Source: Octopus bimaculoides (Eukaryota). From it: DNA of 64,000 nt. Position 1 is the first letter of the stretch; each line of letters begins with the position of its first letter. The stretch spans positions 167,747,529 through 167,811,528 of the forward strand of contig NC_068983.1 in NCBI RefSeq assembly GCF_001194135.2. Direction: 5' to 3'. The position numbers were made by a program, and so were the translations under genes. The notes beneath the pieces are model-generated. The model saw nothing but the letters and a program-made list of their open reading frames with translations, was not told the DNA's origin and searched no databases. Positions 11,894-21,304 of the stretch are shown here, one piece after another.

Positions 11894-14793
11894 GTGAGAT
11901 TTTTTATTATTATTTATTGTTTTTGTTTTCATCATCATTGTTTTAATGTCTGTTTTTCCATACTTGTATGGGTTGGATGGAATTTGTTGAGGCACATATT
12001 CTTTGACCCGATGCCCCTTCTATTGCCAACCCTCACCTGTTTGTAAGCAAAGTTTATTTTCCTGATAGCCAAACAGGTTTTTCACAGAAGACTGAAAACA
12101 AACAACATTGCCTGTACGACAGTGATGCTCATTTACAACTATCACAAGATGTCAAGACAAGGTACAAACTCTCCCTCTCCCTCACACACACACAAGCTCA
12201 TGTACAAACCACAAACAAGGCAATAAATGAAATCCTGTCTCTGAAGGAGGTAGTGACAGTGTTTCCTATCAACGGTTAGTGTATAGGAAGGTTCATTCGA
12301 GAATTTGGTAAGTTTTGTTGCTATGAGAAGTGAAGAATCTAACATTTTTGGTAGTTGCACTTTGTTGGGTGAGGAAGAGAGGGGCAGGTGTAACTGTCAT
12401 TTTGGTTCAGAACATTGTACGAAGTAAGGAAAAACCTGGCACTGTCATTTTGGTTACAATAGTGAGAGTTGCTGTTGATCCAATCAACTAAACTGCTTGC
12501 TCATGAAACTGACATGGAAGTGGCTGAGTACTCCAAAGACATGTGTGTGTCCTTAATGTAGATTTCAGGGAGATTTGGTGACACCCAGAATGTGACAAGG
12601 CTGGTCGTTTGAAATATAGGTACTACTCATTTTCACCAGCTGAGTGAACTGGAATAATGTGAAATAGAGTGTCTTGCTGAAGGCTACAACACATCACCAG
12701 GTATTGAACTCATGACCTTACGATCGTGAACTGAATACCCGAACCCTTCAGCCCTGCACAGCAGGATGAAGGTTGGCTAGGGTTAGGGTTAGGGATATGG
12801 ATGTGCAACGTGGCAAAAGCCTGGATTCTGTGATTAAGAAGTTTGTTCCACATCCACATGACTTCAGGTTCAATACCACTGTATGGCACTTTGGATCAAC
12901 GTCTTCAGCTTAAGTTGCATTGGGATGGAAACTATGGACATCCAGTGTGTGTGTGTGTAAATGTTTGTCTCCATGTTGATACAGCTGGGGCAGTGGTGAT
13001 GTTTACAGCATTGCTACATGAACAGCACACTCTCTGACTTGAGTTGTTATGGTGTGTGAAGATCAGCAGAATAAAATATACCTACAAAAATTAAAAAAAT
13101 AAATAAATAAGGGTCACTGGCAAGAGAGGCATTCAGCCATTAGAATACTGGCTCAGTAAGTCTCTTCTAACTGATGCAGGCATGGAAAAAGTGGATGTAA
13201 AGATGATGGTATTGTCAGTGGGGATTACATATTATCCAATTCTGTGCATTAAAATTAATACCAAAGATCAAAATAATTAAACCAAAAATCAAAACTCCAT
13301 TAACTCAAGGCTCACTAAGCAATGAGGATTAAAATATATGCATAGTTAATATGCTTATGTACATTCGAAGCTGGTGATTCTCACTGCAGAAATCTCTCAG
13401 GTGAGAGATTCTCTATATTTCAATCAACACTGCCTAGTGTGCTTCTAATTAATTAATTCTAGCTTGACAAAGATTTGCATACATCAGCAAATGTAGTATT
13501 TACTGTTTAAGAATTGTAGTTCTTAATGGGTTGTGAACAGTGGATTCAGTTTCTCTGCTGATGAAGCACAACAATGCCAAAATACACAGCTTACAGTCTA
13601 ATGATGTCATTGATAGCCCATTGATGTGGGTTTTCACACACTTTGTCTGTGAAGGAGAACTTCTCTCCTGAAATAATTTCCTCAGTAAAGGTCTTTTCAT
13701 GTCTGCATGTACACAAATGGGTTAAATATAATTGTACACACCTATATTTGAATCAACGCTGCTTGGTGCTCCTCTAGAAAATTAATCTCAGCTTGTCAAA
13801 ATTTTGCACACATCAGCAAATTTCCTATTTTGCTGTTTAAATATATAAAATATATAAATGGTAGTTCTTAGAGGACTGGGAATAATGGAATCGGTATCCA
13901 TGGTTAAATAGATGAAGGATCAAACTTGTGGATAAGATGCAAATTTATCACTAATAACATTTCCAGAATAAATATAATTCCTGATATCTGTTCTTCAAGG
14001 AAAGTGAGGTAATAAAGAATTAAGAAGCCTGGGGGCACATACTTGCATGTACATAGACACAACGTACAGATTAGGATAAAGGGAGTTAAGTTATTCTTTT
14101 TTTTTTTCCTAGTCCAGTTAATTCAAAATGTAAGTTGACAAGAATCACCAGGTTTTCCTTTTCAGTTTCTTTGCATTTTCCCATTGGTTGTCATTTATTC
14201 AAATCATAACAAATTTTTTATAATCTTTTGGGGTTGTAACTTGAGATAAAATTGCATTTTAATAAAAAGAAATGATGAGTCAAATGATTACATAAAATCA
14301 CAGAATATCATTCTTATTTTGCCTAATTTCTCACCTGCATCACTCATTTCTATCACAATTTTGAAGTAATAATGTCTGATTGATGAAAAATATGTAAGGT
14401 GATGCCAGCAAATAAAAATATAGAGGAAGATGATATATTAGCGTATGTTAGTTATTTAGTGATCCTATAATATTTTGAGAAAGGTTCCCCTTTCAAAAAA
14501 TATTAAAAAAAAGAATAGAGTTCAAACAAAATATATTGTTACCTGCCAGCCATTTTGGTAGCCTTCTAAATGCCAATTATTTAATTTTGAGTCTCGTTAC
14601 TGGCAGGCCATTAGAATGTCCTGCTATTCAAAATTATATTAATTGGCAGGAAAAGCTAAGTTAACTTTAACCTAACTAAGATACCATTACTCTAAATCCA
14701 TTCTATATCAGTGTATATGTGATGGAATGTTGTGATGTAAAATAAAATTGATTCAAACAGATTAAGGAAACTTATTTCTGTTTCTTTTTACAG

Positions 14794-16569
14794 AGCAGGG
14801 TTCAATTGTGAAGGTGTTAACCGAGATGGTTTGGATATTTATGGACGTCATGCTGGCTTCAAGTATTCTTGCATAAGAACCACAAGGAAAAGGTGTCGAC
14901 ATTTGGAAACTGAAGATGATGTTCAAATTGTTCGTTTTTCTCCAGGGAAAAAATGTGAAGATGTCAGTTGCAAGCCAAATTGTATGTGTTGGTTTAATAA
15001 TGAATTCCATAGGATTTGGGATAATTTCAATGTAGGCTGTGAGAAATTTCAGTGTCACTTGGGAGGGTTTTCACAAATGAATTCTTGTCAAAAACATTTT
15101 CAACGCAAAGAGATTCGTGACATGAGTTTTGATGAAATGAAGCGTTACCAACTTGTTATCCAGAATCTACAGCATGAAAAAAGAAACGGTAAATCTGTGT
15201 GGTATGAATTTGCTGAAATGTATTCAGAATATATTCCTCAAGCTTCAGGAAATCCTTTATTTTTGCCATGGCACCGCTACTTTTTGTTTATGGTTGAAAA
15301 GTCGATGCAAGATGTTGAATGTGGTGTTGTGATCCCATATTATGATTGGACCCTTGATATTGGTGTCTTGAATAAATCAGTTATTTGGTCATCCAAATAT
15401 TTTGGTGGTAATGGTGAAAATGGAACAGATTGTGTCAGATATCATCCATTTAAGTCTTATCATCCACCATATTGGACCCCTTGTCTCCGTAGACACTTCA
15501 ATTCTTCCGTACATCTTCCAGACGCAATTCATGTTTATTTGGCTATACAGGAAAGTACCTTTAGTGATTTTTCAGCTTACATGGAATCAATGCTGCATCT
15601 TTTCCAGATGTGGGTTGGAGGTCACATGAACTCACCTCTCAGTGCTTACGACCCCCTTTTCTATTCACATGTAGCTTTTATTGATAAACTCTGGGATGAT
15701 TGGCAGAGGAGTCATAAGAAAGGTTTGCTGCGATTTCCTCTTAATTTTCGATATGTTCCTATGGAACCTTTCAAAGTTAGCCCTGACGATGTATTAGATT
15801 GCAAAAAACAAATCTGTATAACCTATCTGAATTTACCATTTGGGTCACCATGTAACCAGACCAAAATAAAGACCTTTGGATATGGTAGTGATAGTTATGA
15901 TCGTCATGGCTTTGATAAAAATGGTTATGATAAAGATGGATTTGATGTCCATGGAATAAACATTGATGGCTATATTGATCTCAGAGGAATATATAATAAC
16001 GAGGGATTTGACAAAGAAGGATTTTCTAGACAAGGTTTTGATAATATGGGCTATGACAGAGATCTCTTTCACGAAGACGGTTACAATCCTGATGGCTTTG
16101 ATGTTGCTGGCTATGACAGATCTGGTCATAATAGATATGGTTCCAGCAGAATCAAAACGAATGTCTTTAGTGAACATGTTTCTACATTCAGAAAGAATGA
16201 GTTCAATGAACTTGGATTAAATAACTTGGGTTTTAATAACAAAGGCTTTGACATTTTTGGTTTTGACAAGGATGGATTCAATCGCTTTGGTTGCAATTAC
16301 TATTTCAATGGCCCGTTTTATATAATCATATACCAGTCACTTAAGAATAAACTTAGCGAGATAAAATCCATGCATTCTTTGATCAATATCCCAAGGTTGT
16401 GTCCTGCAGTGTCGCAGCTTCCTCATTGGATGTATAAAGTTTATTGGTTGAACCGGCAAAAAACCATTCCAGAAGTTTTAGCAATCATGGCTCTGGACAG
16501 ACTGAAAAATCCTTATTCATTTGAAGATGTCTTTGACAAAATTTGGATTCCTCCTGTTCCTGATCATAG
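14794..16569 (+). CDS. Exon 8 (1,776 nt): Cys-rich segment, tyrosinase/type-3 copper domain (~15104-15830), pentapeptide repeats (~15878-16294), CNYYFNGPF module
   Basis: ORF 14831..16573 contains RKEIRDMS, FLPWHR, IPYYDW, YFGGNG, CLRR, WVGGHM and DPLFYSHVAFIDKLW. Acceptor tttacag|a, donor AG|GTAAAC, phase 2-2. Confidence 0.95.
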
Positions 16570-16917
16570 GTAAACAATAACAATTTTCATTTATTGATTT
16601 TCTAAAAAAAATTTATTAATTCTATACTGACCAATTCCCTGCTCTGTCTGTGTGTGTGTGTACACATGCGTGTGCTTTGCACACATTTTACAGCTTTTAC
16701 AACTAGTGGACAGAGGGAAAAAAAAATGTGTGCACACAAGGTCTTCAAGATGAAGTCAGATTTCTAAAATTGAAGAGGGTTATTCAATTCACAATGAAAT
16801 TCAATATTTCTGCACAAGTAAATTTTTGTGCTGAAAATTTGAACATTAATTGTGACTGATATTTGTATTTGTTTAACAATTTTCATTTCTCTAATTTTAA
16901 TTGTGTTAGTTTATATA

Positions 16918-17630
16918 TCATCATCATCATCATCACTTAATGTCAGTTTTCCATGCTGGTGTGAGTTGGACGGTTTGACCTGTGCAGGTAAGGCCAGGGG
17001 CTGCATCAGGCTCCATTGTCAGTTCTGGCATGGTTTCTATGGCTGGATTCCCTTCCTAATGCCAACCACTCCAAAGAATGTACTGGGTGCTTTTTATGTG
17101 GCACCAGCTCTAGTATCAATTCTGCTGTGGTGGACAGGTCTTCTTGAGTACCAGGTGCCAGGTATCTCGGTCCTTTGTCAACTCCTTCATAAGGCCCCGT
17201 GTCTTGAGACTGGCCCTCAATACTTCCTCCCATGTTTTCCTGGGTTTCTTTCTTCAAAAGGTTCTCTCCACTTTAAGTGCTTGGTACTTCTGTCTACATC
17301 CATATGCATCACATGACCAAACCACTCTGCATCTAATTCCTCTTATGTCCTACTTTTCTCTCACTAACACTAGCACTCTGTTACCGATGAGCTAGGGGCT
17401 TTCCCTGTCCCTTAATTGCCTTATCTATCATACTGCTGTCAACACAAATAGTTGATCCCTTTGTTGGGTTCACACTGGGGGAACTGCCTTTCTCCCATTC
17501 GCTCTCCACATGTAATAATCTTTCATCGTAGCACTTCGATGCCTCTTTCTTTTCAGAGTCACTGAACACAAGCATACCATTAGTCATATGTACACACTTC
17601 TCTTCCACAACATCTTGATTAGACATCTTG
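16918..17630 (-). mobile_element. RTE LINE composite fragments (tail plus ORF2 pieces)
   Basis: (CAT)n tail motif at 16918; minus ORF 17381..17626 (NQDVVEEKCV...DKAIKGQG) is homologous to the ORF2 linker at 23400-23680. Confidence 0.65.
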
Positions 17631-18499
17631 ATGGCTTGTAGAAAGGCATTTCAAGTGAGTGGATAAGAGAAGTGATATCACTAAGGGTGATGAATGTATC
17701 AATGGCTTCAAAGTTTGGCTCAAGGCCAACAATTTTAGGGGTCAGGGGCAAGTCAAATCCAGTACTTGACTACCTGAAAAGATGAAAGGCAAAGTCAGCC
17801 ATGATGGAATTTGAACTTAGAATGTAAAGATCTGGAAGAATTGCTGTCCATTACATTAACAATTTTGCTAACTTGTCACCTTAATAATAATAACATAATG
17901 ATAATAATAATAATAATGATGATATCTCAAACTATATGTAAAGGAAGCACATGTTACTGATGAGCCTGTTTCTTCTCTCTGCTTCTTCTATTTCTACTTC
18001 TCTTGGCCCTATTAACTAGCGCACGTCATAACCTCAAATTCACTAGGTTCCCTATTTACATCTTCTCCTCACTCCTATAATACCACATTAGTTTATTTAT
18101 AAAACACCAAATGTTTTGTATGACCATTTCTTCCTTTCAGCTCTATGAAATTCTCTTTCCACCTGTTTTTCTTGGACTATTGACCAACCGAATTTATAGA
18201 TTAAACATTAGCTATATCAGTCTTAAAGTGCTCCTCTATCTGTGTCTAATTCATGAAAAGAAGGTTAGTAGTGTAGATTTCAGATATGTGAATAGTGTTC
18301 TATAGTGAAACATACTTTATTTTTCATAAAGAATTAGCCATATAAATTCTGAAGAAGAATCTTTGTGATTTAATTTTGTCTGAATTTTCTTGAGAATCCT
18401 TAAGAGTCAATATCTATTTATGCTTCAAATTGTTTCAGCTATTTATCAATATAGATCCTTAAGGATCAATATCTGTGATATTTATTCTGCATTTTTCAG

Positions 18500-18594
18500 G
18501 TTTTGTTTGGAAACAAACTTCTTTTCAAAATGTCCCTTAGGTCATGCTCCTGTTAAATGTTCATCAGATTTGTGCTTTGATACGATTTGTCCGG
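18500..18594 (+). CDS. Exon 9: first half of second Cys module (RFCLETNFFSKCPLGHAPVKCSSDLCFDTICPG)
   Basis: Acceptor ttttcag|g, donor CCGG|GTAAGA, phase 2-1; aligns with exon 3. Confidence 0.88.
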
Positions 18595-19381
18595 GTAAGA
18601 TTCATTCATTTTTTATATTGTTATTTTTAATTCAAATATATTATATTTTTTTAAAACAATCTTCCATTCTCTATAACATTTCAATTTCTCATTTTCATAT
18701 AGCTTCACCTGGGTTATATTCATGTGTTTTCAATAAGGCATTACTATATATATATCATCATCATCATCATCATCTTTTAATGTCCATGTTCCATGCTTAT
18801 AGATTTGACAAAATAGAGATTTTGCTTTGGATAATTTTTCATTCTAATAAAAATGTTTCAAGTGAGTGACTCTGATATGAGTTTTGAGCTTTCAAGCAGC
18901 CGTTTCCAAACTGGAAAATGTATGTTTTGCTGGTTGCTTAAATAGCAAAACTATTTTTTCTTACAAGTATACACACAAACAAAAAATATACACAAAAAGA
19001 GGAAAAATATATAAAAAATACAAAAGCATGTGCACAGAAGGTGAAGAAGGGGGAAAAACAAGTAAATGAAAGAAAGATAAAAATAAAGATAAGAATAACA
19101 ATAAGACTTTTAGTAATTGAAAACAGAGGAGAAAGGAAAGTTAAGTCCCTTAAGAACACAGAAGTGGAATATTTTGGAGTGATCAATATTGTGAATTGTC
19201 AAAAGATTTGAGGTCACATGTTCAGCTCTCACACATGGTATGGTGTGTGTATATGTATGTACACACATATTTATACCAGTATATGAACATGCCTCCCAAC
19301 CCCCATACCCATACAAGCACACACACACACATATGCATACAAACATGTGTACACACACATGTATATATATATATATATATA

Positions 19382-20270
19382 CAGAGGTTGGACAAAATAA
19401 TGGAAACACCTTAAAATTTCAAACAAATTTATTTTAATATGAGGTAGGACCGCCTTTGGCAGTAATTACAGCTTGAATTCTACGAGGTATGGACTTGTAT
19501 AAAGTTTCAATTGTTTCCAAAGGAATTTTTGTCCATTTTCCAGCTAAAACAGTCTCTATTTATTATAGTGATGGTGGTGGAGGATATCGACTCCTTACTT
19601 GTTTTTCTAAAGTGCACCATAAATGTTCAATAATATTGAGATCTGGGGACTGTGGTGGCCAGATAAGATGTTCAACTTCACTAGAATGTTCCTCGTGCCA
19701 TTCAGTAACAGCTTTAGCTGTGTGAATTGGTGCATTATCATTCTGAAAGATTGCGTTTCCCTCCAGAAACAGTTCTGCAACCATAGGATGATCAGATAAA
19801 TTGCTTAAATAGTCTTGACTAGCAATTTTGCCATGAAGGGAAACCATTGGGCTGGCCCCGCCAGATCATCACAGATCTTCCTCCATGTTTAACTGTTGGA
19901 AAAAGGCAGTCTGGATCAAATGCTTCTCGTCCCATTATACATACATTCATACATACGCACATACATATGTACATACATACATACATACGTACGTACGTAC
20001 ACACACGTACGCACATATATACAATGGACTAACTGTTATTTTCTCAGATGCAGCACAGAATTTTGTCAGTGAACAGGTCGCGGTCTCAAAGCGATGAAAT
20101 ATTTTGGCAAATTAAATTTAAATGTTGAAGTGAATCTAACGGTTTTTGTGTGTTATTTTGAATGGCTTCTAAACACCTTCCACGCTGCAATTGTTTTTGT
20201 TCCAGCACACGATCTCAGATCAAGTCACTTGCTATGCAAGTACATCTCCAATTGCAAAGATAACCTGGAA
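19382..20270 (-). mobile_element. Tc1/mariner DNA transposon relic (DDE transposase pseudogene) with one terminal repeat
   Basis: Minus peptides PTVKHGGRSVMIW and FQNDNAPIHTAK...WPPQSPDLNIIEHLW; TA followed by CAGAGGTTGGACAAAATAATGGAAACACC at 19380. Frameshifted and split by a (TACA)n tract at ~19940-20020. No second TIR found. Confidence 0.85.
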
Positions 20271-21155
20271 CTCGACTGAGGAAAGAAAACTCTGAATGAC
20301 CCATCCTTGTTTTCTTTGTATCGTCTATCTGGATGTTTTGTTGTCCCTTTCTTGTATCACCTAACTGTCTGGATGTTTTGCGTTCTTGTCCCATTGTGTA
20401 TTTATATATATATATATATATATGCTCACACTCAAATACACATATGATGAGCTTCTATAGATTTTCTGTTTACCAATTCTGTCTGCAACCTTAACCATGC
20501 TATCATAGTTGCTTAGAGATGAAATTGTCAATTCAAAACTATTTAAAATCTACCTCAGCAACTGTGTGTCCACATAAGTGTGTTTAACAAATGGAGCATA
20601 GAAAAGAAATTTCCAATCTTGGATGAGTTTTAAGCATGGATTAAATTTGTATTAATAAATATGTTTTGTTGTCTAGAAATCATCATGATTGTTTTAATGT
20701 CCACTTTTCTATGCTTGCATGGGTCAGACAGAATTTGTTGAGGCAGATATTTTACTGTCAGATGTACTTGTTTTCCCCAACCCTGATCAGTTTCCAATCA
20801 AGGTAATATTTCCCCATGGCAAGGCATGTTTTTCCTGGACGACTGGAAGTGAGCAACATCACTTATATGACAGTCATGCTTATCTATAAACATTATGTGA
20901 TGTCAAGAAAAAAGATACACACACACACACACATGTATACATGATAGGCTTCTTTCAGTTTCTTCTCACAAAGTTTTGCTTCACCTTGGGCAGAAGATAC
21001 TTTGTCCAAGGTGTCATGCATTAGGACAGAACTGATACCATTCGCTTGCAAAGCAAACTTCTCAACTACACTGCCATGTTTGTACTAATATAATCTCTAT
21101 AATACAGATAATGTTTTTTTTTTCTAAAACATTTGAATTTGTTTCTTGTTTCTAG

Positions 21156-21248
21156 GTATATCTGGTGCCATATGCCGAGTGAACTATTGTGGGACCTGTT
21201 CGGTTGAATGGTATGATGCTCGCTCTGGTGATTTTGTAGAATGCCAAG
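21156..21248 (+). CDS. Exon 10: second half of Cys module (GISGAICRVNYCGTCSVEWYDARSGDFVECQG)
   Basis: Acceptor tttctag|gt, donor AAG|GTACTT, phase 1-1; completes the Cys spacing seen in exon 3. Confidence 0.88.
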
Positions 21249-21304
21249 GTACTTTGAAATAATAGCTTTAGCTAGATGAAACTGTGGAAAAAAGGTTTTG
21301 TTTA

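Noticed and set aside
13410-13920. Diverged ~150-bp direct repeat pair with a CTGATGA string
   Set aside because: Too decayed to assign; no GAAA or convincing stems, most likely an old transposon remnant.
15845-16177. 110-aa minus-strand ORF (and 14762..15058, 155..346)
   Set aside because: Antisense shadows of the repeat-coding exons; the GAT/GGT-rich sense codons lack reverse-strand stops.
14831-16573. Calling the type-3 domain hemocyanin or an active tyrosinase
   Set aside because: Four of six His ligands are missing, there is no tandem array of functional units, and the domain is followed by pentapeptide repeats and VWCs.
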